64,000 nucleotides of DNA from Escherichia coli (lineage in GTDB: Bacteria; Pseudomonadota; Gammaproteobacteria; Enterobacterales; Enterobacteriaceae): the NCBI RefSeq assembly GCF_050920415.1, contig NZ_CP169309.1; one strand, written 5' to 3'. The position numbers were made by a program, and so were the translations under genes. Below the pieces are notes generated by a model. The model saw only the letters and a program-made list of their open reading frames with translations, was not told the origin of the DNA and ran no database searches. Within the stretch, counting starts at the first letter, position 1, and every line of letters begins with the position of its first letter. This document shows, piece by piece, positions 46,666 through 58,427 of this stretch.

Positions 46666-47226
46666 ATGAGCAAATCATTACAAAAACCCACCATTCTGAA
46701 TGTTGAAACTGTAGCCCGTTCACGACTGTTTACCGTCGAAAGCGTGGATCTGGAGTTCAGCAATGGCGTGCGGCGTGTTTATGAACGAATGCGTCCAACC
46801 AACCGGGAAGCGGTGATGATTGTGCCGATTGTGGACGATCACCTGATCCTGATCCGCGAATACGCAGTGGGAACGGAATCCTACGAATTAGGTTTTTCGA
46901 AAGGATTAATTGATCCGGGTGAAAGCGTCTACGAAGCCGCTAACCGCGAGCTAAAAGAAGAGGTTGGATTTGGTGCGAACGATCTGACTTTTTTGAAGAA
47001 GCTCAGCATGGCACCGTCTTACTTTTCCAGCAAAATGAATATCGTGGTAGCGCAAGATCTCTACCCGGAATCGCTGGAAGGCGATGAGCCAGAGCCGCTA
47101 CCACAGGTGCGCTGGCCGCTGGCGCATATGATGGATTTGCTGGAAGATCCTGACTTCAACGAAGCACGTAATGTCAGCGCACTGTTCCTCGTGCGCGAGT
47201 GGTTGAAGGAGCAGGGGCGAGTGTAA
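46666..47226 (+). CDS. nudE: ADP-sugar diphosphatase (Nudix hydrolase)
   Basis: 186-aa ORF; Nudix box GLIDPGESVYEAANRELKEEVG. Confidence 0.93.
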   Translation: MSKSLQKPTILNVETVARSRLFTVESVDLEFSNGVRRVYERMRPTNREAVMIVPIVDDHLILIREYAVGTESYELGFSKGLIDPGESVYEAANRELKEEVGFGANDLTFLKKLSMAPSYFSSKMNIVVAQDLYPESLEGDEPEPLPQVRWPLAHMMDLLEDPDFNEARNVSALFLVREWLKEQGRV

Positions 47227-47239
47227 ATGCGTGAAGTTT

Positions 47240-47267
47240 GCCTGATGCACAATGCTTATCAGGCCTG
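47240..47267. repeat. REP unit
   Basis: gcctgatgcacaatgcttatcaggcctg; a second inverted REP-like unit lies at ~47310-47337. Confidence 0.55.
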
Positions 47268-47368
47268 CGAGACTCCTGCAATATATTGATTTTTCTCGAT
47301 ATTTTCAGACGGATAACGTGTTCACGCCGTATCCGGTATAAATAAAGTGACACTTTGTCAGCAAACAG

Positions 47369-47393
47369 AAAAAGGCGCCGAAGCGCCTTTTTA
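47369..47393. terminator. Bidirectional rho-independent terminator between nudE and mrcA
   Basis: aaaaaggcgcc-gaa-gcgcctttttaa: GC stem flanked by A-run and T-run. Confidence 0.7.
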
Positions 47394-47394
47394 A

Positions 47395-49947
47395 TCAGAA
47401 CAATTCCTGTGCCTCGCCATTATCGATAATGGTCGTTCCCACCTCGTGCACCGCCTGTTGTGTCGGCTGTGTACCTTCGATGAAATACTCTTCGCGGCTG
47501 TTGCCACCATTAGCTAACTGCCCGGTGCTGCGATCGATATTCACCGTCACAATACCCGGCGGCGGCGTCAGCGGCTGTTCCGGCACGCCTTCAAGAACGG
47601 CTTTCATATAAGCGTCCCATGCAGGCTGGGCACTCTTGGCACCGCCTTCGTAACCTGAGATCTGATCTTTAATCGCTCCGGAAGCCGTTGTATGACCGAG
47701 ATTACGACGGTGATCATCAAAGCCAATCCAGACCGAGGTCACAACGCCCGGACCGTAACCCGAAAACCACGCATCTTTCGAACTGTTAGTGGTACCGGTT
47801 TTCCCGCCGATATCGCGACGCTGCAAATCACGACCTGCACGCCAGCCGGTACCCTGCCAGCCTGGCTCACCAAAGATATTGGTGTTCAAAGCACTCTTAA
47901 TCAGGAATGCCAGCGGAGTGTTGATGACGTGCGGTGCGTACTCCTGCGCGCCAGTCTTCGCGACTAACGCCTGATTCGCCTGCTCCAGCTGCGGCATTGG
48001 TACAGAAACATTCTGCTGCTCGCGGGAGATAGCGACATCTTCAACATCGTTATTTTCCAGCACGTTCGATTTCTGCGTATCACCGTAAATCACCGGAATA
48101 TCGCATTCCGGGCAGGCTACTTTCGGTTTCGCTTCGAAAATCACGCCGCCCTGATCGTTTTCAATTTTGCTGATAAACCACGGGTCCACCAGGAAGCCGC
48201 CGTTCGCCATTACCGCGTAGCCGCGCGCCACCTGCATTGGGGTGAAGGACGCTGAACCCAGCGCCAGCGATTCGGTGTGGACAATGTTTTGCGCCGGGAA
48301 GCCGAAGCGTTGCAGATATTCTGCAGCGTAGTCGACGCCCATCGCCCGCATTGCGCGTACCATCACCACGTTTTTCGACTGGCCCAGTCCCTGACGTAAG
48401 CGAATTGGACCGGCATACTGTGGTGGTGAGTTCTTCGGCTGCCAGTCAGAACCGGCACCTGCATCCCAGCGGGAAATTGGCACATCGTTCAACATACTTG
48501 CCAGCGTCAGACCTTTATCCATCGCCGCGGTGTAGAGGAACGGTTTGATGTTGGAACCTACCTGACGCAGTGCCTGGGTGGCGCGGTTAAACTTGCTCTG
48601 ATTGAAATCAAAGCCACCGACCAGCGCCATAACGGCACCGTTTTGCGGATTGATCGACACCAGCGCCGAGTTCACTTCCGGCACTTGTGCCAGCCACCAT
48701 GCATCGCCAACCTGACGAACCCAGATTTGCTGACCCGTTTGCAGAACATCGGTCACTTTACGCGGCGTCGGTCCCTGCTGAGTATCCGAACGGTAAGGAC
48801 GCGCCCAGCGAACGCCTTCCATACTCAATGCGACGGTCGACCCGTCCGCCAGCATCGCCGTCGCTTCCTGAGGATTGGCGCTGGTGACTGCGGCAGGCAG
48901 CAGCGGACCATAGGTCGGCAGCGCCTTCAGCGTATCGGTAATCTTGTTGTTATCCCACGCCGATTCGCCCACTTTCCACAGCACATTTGCCGGGCCGCGA
49001 TAGCCGTGGCGCATGTCGTAGTCCAGCACGTTATTACGTACCGCCTGCTGTGCGGCCTGCTGCACTTTGCGGGTGATGGTGGTGTAAATGCGATAACCGT
49101 CTTCATAGGCACTTTCGCCATAACGGTTATACATCTCCTGGCGCACCATTTCGCTCAGGTACGGCGCAGAGAAAGCAATCTCCGGCGCGTGATAGTTAGC
49201 GTTAATCGCCTCAGTGCGTGTCTGATCGAACTGTTGTTGGGTGATATACCCTTCATCCAGCATCCGCGACAGTACGACGTTACGCCGCGCGACGGCACGA
49301 TCCATTGAGTAGAGCGGATTAAAGGTGGAAGGCGCTTTCGGCAGCCCGGCTATCACCGCCATTTCGTTCAGCGTCAGTTGGTCGACCGTTTTACCGAAAT
49401 AGACTTGTGCCGCAGCACCGACACCATAGGCGCGGTAACCGAGGTAAATCTTGTTCAGATAAAGCTCGAGGATCTCGTCTTTCGTCAGCAACTGTTCAAT
49501 GCGAATCGCGAGGAAGACTTCCTTAATCTTACGCATCAGCGTGCGTTCTGGACTGAGGAAGAAGTTTCTCGCCAGCTGCTGGGTAATGGTACTCGCCCCT
49601 TGTGACGCGTGGCCGGAGAACAGCGCCACACTTGCCGCACGGAAGATCCCCACCGGGTCAACGCCGTGATGCTCGTAGAAGCGGCTGTCTTCCGTCGCGA
49701 TAAAGGCTTTCACCATCTCCGGCGGGATTTGATCCAACGTAACCGGGATACGACGTTTCTCACCGTATTGAGCAATCAGCTCGCCATCGGCGCTGTAAAT
49801 CTGCATCGGAATTTGCAGGCGAACATCTTTTAATGTCGCCACATCCGGCAGTTGTGGCTCGATGTAGCGGTATAGGCCATAAATCGAGCCTGCTCCCAGC
49901 AGAATGCAACAGACTGCAAGGATCAAAAAATACTTTACGAACTTCAC
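47395..49947 (-). CDS. mrcA: Penicillin-binding protein 1A (bifunctional transglycosylase/transpeptidase)
   Basis: ORF 47395..49971; GTG at 49947 (VKFVKYFLILAVCCILLG...) gives the remembered 850-aa length; an in-frame ATG at 49971 is the alternative; transpeptidase SxxK region present. Confidence 0.93.
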   Translation of the reverse strand: MKFVKYFLILAVCCILLGAGSIYGLYRYIEPQLPDVATLKDVRLQIPMQIYSADGELIAQYGEKRRIPVTLDQIPPEMVKAFIATEDSRFYEHHGVDPVGIFRAASVALFSGHASQGASTITQQLARNFFLSPERTLMRKIKEVFLAIRIEQLLTKDEILELYLNKIYLGYRAYGVGAAAQVYFGKTVDQLTLNEMAVIAGLPKAPSTFNPLYSMDRAVARRNVVLSRMLDEGYITQQQFDQTRTEAINANYHAPEIAFSAPYLSEMVRQEMYNRYGESAYEDGYRIYTTITRKVQQAAQQAVRNNVLDYDMRHGYRGPANVLWKVGESAWDNNKITDTLKALPTYGPLLPAAVTSANPQEATAMLADGSTVALSMEGVRWARPYRSDTQQGPTPRKVTDVLQTGQQIWVRQVGDAWWLAQVPEVNSALVSINPQNGAVMALVGGFDFNQSKFNRATQALRQVGSNIKPFLYTAAMDKGLTLASMLNDVPISRWDAGAGSDWQPKNSPPQYAGPIRLRQGLGQSKNVVMVRAMRAMGVDYAAEYLQRFGFPAQNIVHTESLALGSASFTPMQVARGYAVMANGGFLVDPWFISKIENDQGGVIFEAKPKVACPECDIPVIYGDTQKSNVLENNDVEDVAISREQQNVSVPMPQLEQANQALVAKTGAQEYAPHVINTPLAFLIKSALNTNIFGEPGWQGTGWRAGRDLQRRDIGGKTGTTNSSKDAWFSGYGPGVVTSVWIGFDDHRRNLGHTTASGAIKDQISGYEGGAKSAQPAWDAYMKAVLEGVPEQPLTPPPGIVTVNIDRSTGQLANGGNSREEYFIEGTQPTQQAVHEVGTTIIDNGEAQELF

Positions 49948-50066
49948 TGGAAATTTCCCATTTAGTTTCATTTGGGCAGTTTATAAACAAACGCGCGGTA
50001 GTATAAAGGCAAGCCAGACGCATTGATATACCCGTCAGAGTGACGGGTGATAAGGAGATCATCACA

Positions 50067-50846
50067 ATGGCATTTAAGATCTGGCAAATTGGTTTGCATT
50101 TACAACAGCAAGAAGCGGTGGCGGTTGCGATCGTGCGGGGCGCAAAAGAATGCTTTTTGCAACGCTGGTGGCGGTTGCCGCTGGCGAACGACATAATCAA
50201 AGATGGGCGGATTGTCGATGCACAGCGGCTGGCTAAAACGTTGTTACCGTGGAGTCGCGAACTGCCGCAGCGTCATCACATTATGTTGGCGTTTCCCGCC
50301 AGTCGCACATTACAGCGGTCATTTCCGCGCCCGTCGATGTCCCTTGGTGAGCGGGAGCAAACGGCCTGGCTGTCCGGGACGATGGCCCGCGAGCTGGATA
50401 TGGATCCGGACTCCCTGCGCTTCGATTACAGCGAAGACTCACTCAGTCCCGCCTATAACGTGACTGCCGCGCAAAGCAAAGAGCTGGCAACGCTGCTTAC
50501 TTTGGCAGAAAGGTTGCGTGTTCATGTTAGTGCGATCACCCCGGATGCCAGTGCATTACAGCGATTCCTGCCTTTTTTACCTTCTCATCAGCAATGTCTG
50601 GCCTGGCGTGATAACGAACAGTGGCTGTGGGCGACGCGCTATAGCTGGGGGCGCAAACTGGCGGTGGGGATGACTAGCGCGAAGGAGCTGGCGGCAGCGT
50701 TATCCGTTGATCCCGAAAGCGTCGCGCTATGTGGCGAAGGCGGATTTGACCCGTGGGAGGCGGTTTCTGTTCGTCAGCCGCCGCTACCGCCGCCAGGTGG
50801 AGACTTTGCCATCGCGCTGGGGCTGGCGCTAGGGAAGGCGTACTGA
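50067..50846 (+). CDS. hofM: Type IV pilus/DNA-uptake assembly protein HofM (PilM-like)
   Basis: ORF 50040..50846; start at MAFKIWQIGLH gives 259 aa; divergent from mrcA as in K-12. Confidence 0.85.
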   Translation: MAFKIWQIGLHLQQQEAVAVAIVRGAKECFLQRWWRLPLANDIIKDGRIVDAQRLAKTLLPWSRELPQRHHIMLAFPASRTLQRSFPRPSMSLGEREQTAWLSGTMARELDMDPDSLRFDYSEDSLSPAYNVTAAQSKELATLLTLAERLRVHVSAITPDASALQRFLPFLPSHQQCLAWRDNEQWLWATRYSWGRKLAVGMTSAKELAAALSVDPESVALCGEGGFDPWEAVSVRQPPLPPPGGDFAIALGLALGKAY

Positions 50847-51385
50847 TGAACCCGCCAATTAATTTTTTGCCCTGGCGACAGCAACGCCGGACCGCTTTTC
50901 TTCGTTTCTGGTTGCTGATGTTCGTTGCGCCTCTGCTGCTGACCGTCGGGATAACGCTAATATTGCGTCTGACAAGCAACGCCGAAGCTCGCGTAGATGC
51001 CGTTTTGCTTCAGGCGGAACAACAACTCGCCCACAGCTTACAAATAACGAAACCACGTTTGCTGGAGCTCCAACAAATTCGTGAGCAGCGTTTGCAAAGG
51101 CAGCGCCAGCGACAATTTACCCGTGACTGGCAATCTGCGCTGGAAGCACTGGCGGCGCTTTTACCCGAGCACGCCTGGCTGACAACGATAAGCTGGCAGC
51201 AGGGAACGCTGGAGATCAAGGGGCTAACAACAAGCATTACCGCGTTAAACGCGCTGGAAACGTCACTCCGCCAGGATGCTTCTTTTCATCTCAATCAGCG
51301 GGGGGCCACGCAGCAGGATGCGCAGGGACGCTGGCAATTTGAGTATCTGTTAACAAGGAAGGTTAGCGATGGACATGCTCTTTGA
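50846..51385 (+). CDS. hofN: HofN (PilN-like)
   Basis: ATG at 50846 overlaps the hofM stop (TGATG); MNPPINFLPWRQQRR...; 179 aa. Confidence 0.85.
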   Translation: MNPPINFLPWRQQRRTAFLRFWLLMFVAPLLLTVGITLILRLTSNAEARVDAVLLQAEQQLAHSLQITKPRLLELQQIREQRLQRQRQRQFTRDWQSALEALAALLPEHAWLTTISWQQGTLEIKGLTTSITALNALETSLRQDASFHLNQRGATQQDAQGRWQFEYLLTRKVSDGHAL

Positions 51386-51809
51386 CTGGTGGTTCGCCAC
51401 ATCACCCCGCCTCCGCCAGCTTTGCTGGGCATTCTGGTTGATGATGTTAGTTACGCTCATTTTTCTGTCATCGACACACCAGGAAGAGAGCGACGCATTA
51501 ATTCGACTACGGGCAAGTCATTACCAGCAGTGGGCCGCACTGTATCGCCTGGTAAACACCACTCCCTTCAGTGAGGAAAAAACGCAGCCCTTTTCGCCAC
51601 TGGATTTTCAGTTATCCGGCGCGCAACTGGTTTACTGGCATCCATCCGCGCAGGGAGGTGAGTTGGCGTTGAAAACGCTGTGGGAAGCAGTGCCGTCGGC
51701 ATTTACACGGCTGGCAGAGCGCAACGTCAGCGTGAGCCGTTTTTCGTTAAGCGTGGAAGGTGATGACCTTTTGTTCACGCTACAACTGGAGACGCCGCAT
51801 GAGGGTTAA
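51369..51809 (+). CDS. hofO: HofO (PilO-like)
   Basis: 146-aa ORF overlapping the hofN 3' end. Confidence 0.82.
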   Translation: MDMLFDWWFATSPRLRQLCWAFWLMMLVTLIFLSSTHQEESDALIRLRASHYQQWAALYRLVNTTPFSEEKTQPFSPLDFQLSGAQLVYWHPSAQGGELALKTLWEAVPSAFTRLAERNVSVSRFSLSVEGDDLLFTLQLETPHEG

Positions 51810-52203
51810 ACGCTGGTTGTTGGCAGGTATTGCATTGTGCCTTTTAACCGGTATGCGTGACCCTTTTAAACCGCCGGAAGATCTATGCCGGATTAGCGAA
51901 CTTAGCCAGTGGCGCTATCAGGGGATGGTAGGGCGAGGCGAGCGCATCATCGGTGTAATAAAAGATGGGCAAAAAAAATGGCGACGGGTGCAGCAAAACG
52001 ATGTGCTGGAAAACGGCTGGACGATCTTACAGCTAACGCCAGACGCACTAACGCTGGGAACCGGGACAAACTGCGAACCGCCACAATGGTTGTGGCAACG
52101 GCAAGGAGATACAAATGAAGCAATGGATAGCCGCACTACTGTTGATGCTGATACCCGGCGTACAGGCGGCAAAGCCGCAAAAAGTGACGCTGATGGTGGA
52201 TGA
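51799..52203 (+). CDS. hofP: HofP (PilP-like lipoprotein)
   Basis: ORF 51760..52203; start at MRVKRWLLAGIALCLLTGMRDPF gives 134 aa; start overlaps the hofO 3' end. Confidence 0.82.
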   Translation: MRVKRWLLAGIALCLLTGMRDPFKPPEDLCRISELSQWRYQGMVGRGERIIGVIKDGQKKWRRVQQNDVLENGWTILQLTPDALTLGTGTNCEPPQWLWQRQGDTNEAMDSRTTVDADTRRTGGKAAKSDADGG

Positions 52204-53353
52204 CGTTCCGGTAGCTCAGGTGTTGCAGGCGCTGGCTGAACAGGAGAAGTTGAACCTGGTGGTGTCGCCAGACGTCAGCGGTACGGTGTCGTTACATCTA
52301 ACAGATGTTCCCTGGAAGCAAGCACTACAAACTGTAGTGAAAAGCGCCGGACTGATAACGCGTCAGGAGGGCAACATTCTCTCGGTGCATTCCGTTGCCT
52401 GGCAGAATGACAATATCGCCCGTCAGGAGGCGGAGCAGGCGCGGGCGCAGGCAAATCTGCCGCTGGAAAATCGCAGTATAACCCTGCAATACGCCGACGC
52501 GGGAGAACTGGCGAAAGCGGGGGAGAAGCTACTGAGTGCCAAAGGGAGTATGACCGTCGATAAACGCACCAATCGCCTTTTGCTGCGAGATAACAAAGCG
52601 GCGTTAAGCGCGCTTGAACAGTGGGTAGCGCAAATGGATCTGCCGGTCGGGCAGGTTGAGCTGTCGGCGCATATTGTCACCATTAATGAAAAAAGTTTGC
52701 GTGAGTTAGGCGTGAAATGGACGTTGGCTGATGCGCAACAAGCTGGTGGCGTTGGGCAAGTCACCACGCTTGGCAGCGACCTCTCCGTAGCGACGGCGAC
52801 AACGCATGTCGGTTTTAACATTGGACGCATCAACGGACGTTTACTGGATCTTGAGCTTTCCGCGCTCGAACAAAAACAGCAGCTGGATATTATCGCCAGT
52901 CCGCGTCTGCTGGCCTCACATCTTCAGCCTGCCAGCATTAAACAGGGGAGCGAAATTCCATATCAGGTTTCCAGCGGGGAAAGTGGCGCGACGTCGGTGG
53001 AATTTAAAGAGGCCGTCCTGGGGATGGAAGTTACGCCCACGGTGTTACAAAAAGGTCGCATCCGGCTGAAATTACACATCAGCCAGAACGTTCCGGGGCA
53101 GGTGCTACAGCAGGCCGATGGCGAAGTGCTGGCGATTGATAAGCAGGAGATCGAAACGCAGGTCGAGGTCAAAAGCGGAGAAACGTTGGCGCTGGGTGGC
53201 ATTTTTACCCGTAAAAATAAATCGGGTCAGGATAGCGTACCGTTGCTTGGCGACATTCCCTGGTTCGGGCAATTATTTCGTCATGACGGAAAAGAAGATG
53301 AACGACGCGAGTTAGTGGTGTTTATCACGCCACGACTGGTTTCCAGTGAGTAA
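52115..53353 (+). CDS. hofQ: Secretin HofQ (PilQ/ComE-like outer-membrane channel)
   Basis: 412-aa ORF with N-terminal signal peptide and secretin-type C-terminus. Confidence 0.9.
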   Translation: MKQWIAALLLMLIPGVQAAKPQKVTLMVDDVPVAQVLQALAEQEKLNLVVSPDVSGTVSLHLTDVPWKQALQTVVKSAGLITRQEGNILSVHSVAWQNDNIARQEAEQARAQANLPLENRSITLQYADAGELAKAGEKLLSAKGSMTVDKRTNRLLLRDNKAALSALEQWVAQMDLPVGQVELSAHIVTINEKSLRELGVKWTLADAQQAGGVGQVTTLGSDLSVATATTHVGFNIGRINGRLLDLELSALEQKQQLDIIASPRLLASHLQPASIKQGSEIPYQVSSGESGATSVEFKEAVLGMEVTPTVLQKGRIRLKLHISQNVPGQVLQQADGEVLAIDKQEIETQVEVKSGETLALGGIFTRKNKSGQDSVPLLGDIPWFGQLFRHDGKEDERRELVVFITPRLVSSE

Positions 53354-53753
53354 ACAGCCGTAAAAGCGGTAATGTTTTTACGCTGAACGTGTTTCATCTA
53401 TTTGACGCGCGCAGGTATTTAGCATACAAGGAGTACCGATTTGAGAGTTGGTGCTCTTCGCTGCCTGCGTTCCATGATGATGATTTATCATTCAGGCGGC
53501 ATTTTGCTGTCTTTTTTACGCTAATCTTACCCGGTGATTTATCGCCAGAGCGGTGGTAGCAAGGCAGCGCGCTTGCAGCGACCAGATATGCAGAGGGATG
53601 GGTGATTTATTCAGTTGCCAAACCCGCTGGAGTATTGAGATAATTTTCAGTCTGACTCTCGCAATATCTTATGAGGTTTCAGTTCATGTCCTGCGGCGCT
53701 CTCTGAGCGAAGCGGGTTTATCATTAACGAATAGTCTTAGTAGTACCGAAAAA

Positions 53754-54275
53754 ATGGCAGAGAAACGCAATATCTTTCTGGTTGGGCCTATGGGTGCCGG
53801 AAAAAGCACTATTGGGCGCCAGTTAGCTCAACAACTCAATATGGAATTTTACGATTCCGATCAAGAGATTGAGAAACGAACCGGAGCTGATGTGGGCTGG
53901 GTTTTCGATTTAGAAGGCGAAGAAGGCTTCCGCGATCGCGAAGAAAAGGTCATCAATGAGTTGACCGAGAAACAGGGTATTGTGCTGGCTACTGGCGGCG
54001 GCTCTGTGAAATCCCGCGAAACGCGTAACCGTCTTTCCGCTCGTGGCGTTGTCGTTTATCTTGAAACGACCATCGAAAAGCAACTTGCACGCACGCAGCG
54101 TGATAAAAAACGCCCGTTGCTGCACGTTGAAACACCGCCGCGTGAAGTTCTGGAAGCGTTGGCCAATGAACGCAATCCGCTGTATGAAGAGATTGCCGAC
54201 GTGACCATTCGTACTGATGATCAAAGCGCTAAAGTGGTTGCAAACCAGATTATTCACATGCTGGAAAGCAACTAA
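53754..54275 (+). CDS. aroK: Shikimate kinase I
   Basis: ORF-track 53553..54275 over-extends upstream; ATG at 53754 gives 173 aa [25 protein letters not shown]... (P-loop). Confidence 0.95.
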   Translation: MAEKRNIFLVGPMGAGKSTIGRQLAQQLNMEFYDSDQEIEKRTGADVGWVFDLEGEEGFRDREEKVINELTEKQGIVLATGGGSVKSRETRNRLSARGVVVYLETTIEKQLARTQRDKKRPLLHVETPPREVLEALANERNPLYEEIADVTIRTDDQSAKVVANQIIHMLESN

Positions 54276-54331
54276 TTCTGGCTTTATATACACTCGTCTG
54301 CGGGTACAGTAATTAAGGTGGATGTCGCGTT

Positions 54332-55420
54332 ATGGAGAGGATTGTCGTTACTCTCGGGGAACGTAGTTACCCAATTACCATCGCATCTGGTTTGTTTAAT
54401 GAACCAGCTTCATTCTTACCGCTGAAATCGGGCGAGCAGGTTATGTTGGTCACCAACGAAACCCTGGCTCCTCTGTATCTCGATAAGGTCCGCGGCGTAC
54501 TTGAACAGGCGGGTGTTAACGTCGATAGCGTTATCCTCCCTGACGGCGAGCAGTATAAAAGCCTGGCTGTACTCGATACCGTCTTTACGGCATTGTTACA
54601 AAAGCCTCATGGTCGCGATACTACGCTGGTGGCGCTTGGCGGCGGCGTAGTGGGCGATCTGACCGGCTTCGCGGCGGCGAGTTATCAGCGTGGTGTACGT
54701 TTCATTCAAGTCCCGACGACGTTACTGTCGCAGGTCGATTCCTCCGTTGGCGGCAAAACCGCGGTCAACCATCCCCTCGGTAAAAACATGATTGGCGCGT
54801 TCTACCAGCCTGCTTCAGTGGTGGTGGATCTCGACTGTCTGAAAACGCTTCCCCCGCGTGAGTTAGCGTCGGGGCTGGCAGAAGTCATCAAATACGGCAT
54901 TATTCTTGACGGTGCGTTTTTCAACTGGCTGGAAGAGAATCTGGATGCGTTGTTGCGTCTGGACGGTCCGGCAATGGCGTACTGTATTCGCCGTTGTTGT
55001 GAACTGAAGGCAGAAGTTGTCGCTGCCGACGAGCGCGAAACCGGGTTACGTGCTTTACTGAATCTGGGACACACCTTTGGTCATGCCATTGAAGCTGAAA
55101 TGGGGTATGGCAATTGGTTACATGGTGAAGCGGTTGCTGCGGGTATGGTGATGGCGGCGCGGACGTCGGAACGTCTCGGGCAGTTCAGTTCTGCCGAAAC
55201 GCAGCGTATTATAACCCTGCTCACGCGGGCTGGGTTACCGGTCAATGGGCCGCGCGAAATGTCCGCGCAAGCGTATTTACCGCATATGCTGCGTGACAAG
55301 AAAGTCCTTGCGGGAGAGATGCGCTTAATTCTTCCGTTGGCAATTGGTAAGAGTGAAGTTCGCAGCGGCGTTTCGCACGAGCTTGTTCTTAACGCCATTG
55401 CCGATTGTCAATCAGCGTAA
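54332..55420 (+). CDS. aroB: 3-dehydroquinate synthase
   Basis: 362-aa ORF; NAD-binding [14 protein letters not shown]. Confidence 0.95.
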
Positions 55421-55511
55421 CAACAAGAAAGGTCAGGCCGCTTATCAAGCGGTCTATTAGCTTCAGGTTAATTGCAACGTGGTAAGCATTAACCTTTTAG
55501 TGGGGTGTTAA

Positions 55512-56789
55512 ATGGATGAATTCAAACCAGAAGACGAGCTGAAACCCGATCCCAGCGATCGTCGTACTGGTCGTTCTCGTCAATCTTCTGAGCGTACTGA
55601 ACGTGGCGAACCGCAGATCAATTTTGATGATATTGAACTTGATGACACTGACGATCGCCGTCCGACTCGTGCGCAAAAAGAGCGCAATGAGGAACCGGAA
55701 ATCGAAGAAGAAATTGACGAATCCGAAGATGAAACCGTGGATGAAGAGCGCGTAGAACGTCGTCCGCGTAAGCGCAAAAAAGCAGCCAGTAAACCCGCTT
55801 CTCGTCAGTATATGATGATGGGCGTCGGCATTCTGGTTCTCCTGCTGTTGATCATCGGTATCGGTTCTGCGCTAAAAGCCCCCTCGACCTCTTCCAGCGA
55901 TCAAACCGCGTCTGGCGAGAAGAGTATTGATCTTGCTGGCAATGCGACCGATCAGGCGAATGGCGTGCAGCCAGCGCCGGGAACCACGTCTGCGGAAAAT
56001 ACTCAGCAGGATGTTTCTCTGCCGCCGATCTCTTCTACGCCGACTCAAGGGCAAACCCCGGCGGCAACGGATGGTCAACAACGTGTTGAAGTGCAGGGTG
56101 ACCTGAACAATGCGCTGACCCAGCCACAAAATCAGCAACAGTTGAATAATGTGGCGGTCAATTCCACGTTGCCGACTGAACCCGCGACGGTCGCGCCTGT
56201 TCGCAATGGCAATGCATCGCGTGACACGGCGAAAACGCAAACCGCTGAACGTCCGGCCACTACGCGTCCAGCTCGCCAGCAGGCGGTGATTGAACCGAAA
56301 AAACCGCAAGCAACCGTGAAAACGGAACCGAAGCCGGTAGCACAGACGCCGAAGCGTACTGAACCAGCTGCTCCTGTGGCGAGCACGAAGGCACCGGCTG
56401 CGACCTCTACGCCAGCACCAAAAGAGACCGCAACTACGGCTCCAGTACAGACGGCATCCCCGGCGCAAACCACGGCAACACCAGCCGCTGGAGGGAAGAC
56501 CGCAGGTAATGTTGGTTCGTTGAAATCGGCACCGTCCAGCCATTACACTCTGCAGCTGAGCAGTTCCTCTAACTACGACAACCTGAACGGTTGGGCGAAG
56601 AAAGAGAATCTGAAAAACTACGTTGTCTATGAAACGACGCGTAATGGTCAGCCGTGGTATGTCCTGGTTTCTGGCGTGTACGCTTCGAAAGAAGAGGCGA
56701 AAAAAGCGGTATCTACATTGCCAGCAGATGTCCAGGCCAAAAACCCGTGGGCGAAACCGCTGCGTCAGGTACAGGCCGATCTGAAGTAA
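55512..56789 (+). CDS. damX: Cell division protein DamX (SPOR domain)
   Basis: 425-aa ORF; acidic N-terminus, one TM segment, long Pro/Thr/Ala/Gln-rich linker, C-terminal SPOR-like domain. Confidence 0.92.
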   Translation: MDEFKPEDELKPDPSDRRTGRSRQSSERTERGEPQINFDDIELDDTDDRRPTRAQKERNEEPEIEEEIDESEDETVDEERVERRPRKRKKAASKPASRQYMMMGVGILVLLLLIIGIGSALKAPSTSSSDQTASGEKSIDLAGNATDQANGVQPAPGTTSAENTQQDVSLPPISSTPTQGQTPAATDGQQRVEVQGDLNNALTQPQNQQQLNNVAVNSTLPTEPATVAPVRNGNASRDTAKTQTAERPATTRPARQQAVIEPKKPQATVKTEPKPVAQTPKRTEPAAPVASTKAPAATSTPAPKETATTAPVQTASPAQTTATPAAGGKTAGNVGSLKSAPSSHYTLQLSSSSNYDNLNGWAKKENLKNYVVYETTRNGQPWYVLVSGVYASKEEAKKAVSTLPADVQAKNPWAKPLRQVQADLK

Positions 56790-56895
56790 TCAAGGTTATC
56801 TCCCGCAATGGTTTATCATCGCGGGAGTTGCCTGAAGCGCTGGATGCTGTCGGAGCTTTCTCCACAGCCGGAGAAGGTGTAATTAGTTAGTCAGC

Positions 56896-57732
56896 ATGAA
56901 GAAAAATCGCGCTTTTTTGAAGTGGGCAGGGGGCAAGTATCCCCTGCTTGATGATATTAAACGGCATTTGCCCAAGGGCGAATGTCTGGTTGAGCCTTTT
57001 GTAGGTGCCGGGTCGGTGTTTCTCAACACCGACTTTTCTCGTTATATCCTTGCCGATATCAATAGCGACCTGATCAGTCTCTATAACATTGTGAAGATGC
57101 GTACTGATGAGTACGTACAGGCCGCACGCGAGCTGTTTGTTCCCGAAACAAATTGCGCCGAGGTTTACTATCAGTTCCGCGAAGAGTTCAACAAAAGCCA
57201 GGATCCGTTCCGTCGGGCGGTACTGTTTTTATATTTGAACCGCTACGGTTACAACGGCCTGTGTCGTTACAATCTGCGCGGTGAGTTTAACGTGCCGTTT
57301 GGCCGCTACAAAAAACCCTATTTCCCGGAAGCAGAGTTGTATCACTTCGCTGAAAAAGCGCAGAATGCCTTTTTCTATTGTGAGTCTTACGCCGATAGCA
57401 TGGCGCGCGCAGATGATGCATCCGTCGTCTATTGCGATCCGCCTTATGCGCCGCTGTCTGCGACCGCCAACTTTACGGCGTATCACACAAACAGTTTTAC
57501 GCTTGAACAACAAGCGCATCTGGCGGAGATCGCCGAAGGTCTGGTTGAGCGCCATATTCCAGTGCTGATCTCCAATCACGATACGATGTTAACGCGTGAG
57601 TGGTATCAGCGCGCAAAATTGCATGTCGTCAAAGTTCGACGCAGTATAAGCAGCAACGGCGGCACACGTAAAAAGGTGGACGAACTGCTGGCTTTGTACA
57701 AACCAGGAGTCGTTTCACCCGCGAAAAAATAA
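56896..57732 (+). CDS. dam: DNA adenine methyltransferase (GATC)
   Basis: 278-aa ORF; catalytic DPPY motif ([11 protein letters not shown]) and AdoMet-binding region. Confidence 0.96.
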
Positions 57733-57749
57733 TTCTCAAGGAGAAGCGG

Positions 57750-58427
57750 ATGAAACAGTATTTGATTGCCCCCTCAATTCTGTCGGCTGATTTTGCCCGC
57801 CTGGGTGAAGATACCGCAAAAGCCCTGGCAGCTGGCGCTGATGTCGTGCATTTTGACGTCATGGATAACCACTATGTTCCCAATCTGACGATTGGGCCGA
57901 TGGTGCTGAAATCTCTGCGTAATTATGGCATTACTGCCCCTATTGATGTGCATCTGATGGTGAAACCGGTCGATCGCATTGTGCCAGATTTCGCTGCCGC
58001 TGGTGCCAGCATCATAACCTTTCATCCAGAAGCCTCCGAGCATGTTGACCGCACGCTGCAACTGATTAAAGAAAATGGCTGTAAAGCGGGGCTGGTATTT
58101 AACCCGGCGACACCGCTGAGCTATCTGGATTACGTGATGGATAAGCTGGATGTGATCCTGCTGATGTCCGTCAACCCTGGTTTCGGCGGTCAGTCTTTCA
58201 TTCCTCAAACACTGGATAAACTGCGCGAAGTACGTCGTCGTATCGACGAGTCTGGCTTCGACATTCGACTGGAAGTGGACGGCGGCGTGAAGGTGAACAA
58301 CATTGGCGAAATCGCTGCGGCAGGTGCCGATATGTTCGTCGCTGGTTCGGCCATTTTCGATCAGCCAGACTACAAAAAGGTCATTGATGAAATGCGCAGT
58401 GAACTGGCAAAGGTAAGTCATGAATAA
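57750..58427 (+). CDS. rpe: Ribulose-phosphate 3-epimerase
   Basis: 225-aa [24 protein letters not shown].... Confidence 0.96.
   Translation: MKQYLIAPSILSADFARLGEDTAKALAAGADVVHFDVMDNHYVPNLTIGPMVLKSLRNYGITAPIDVHLMVKPVDRIVPDFAAAGASIITFHPEASEHVDRTLQLIKENGCKAGLVFNPATPLSYLDYVMDKLDVILLMSVNPGFGGQSFIPQTLDKLREVRRRIDESGFDIRLEVDGGVKVNNIGEIAAAGADMFVAGSAIFDQPDYKKVIDEMRSELAKVSHE

Noticed and set aside
55872-56543. 223-aa and 113-aa minus-strand ORFs inside damX
   Set aside because: They lie antisense to the Pro/Thr/Ala/Gln-rich low-complexity linker of DamX; stop-codon depletion there is a by-product of biased composition.
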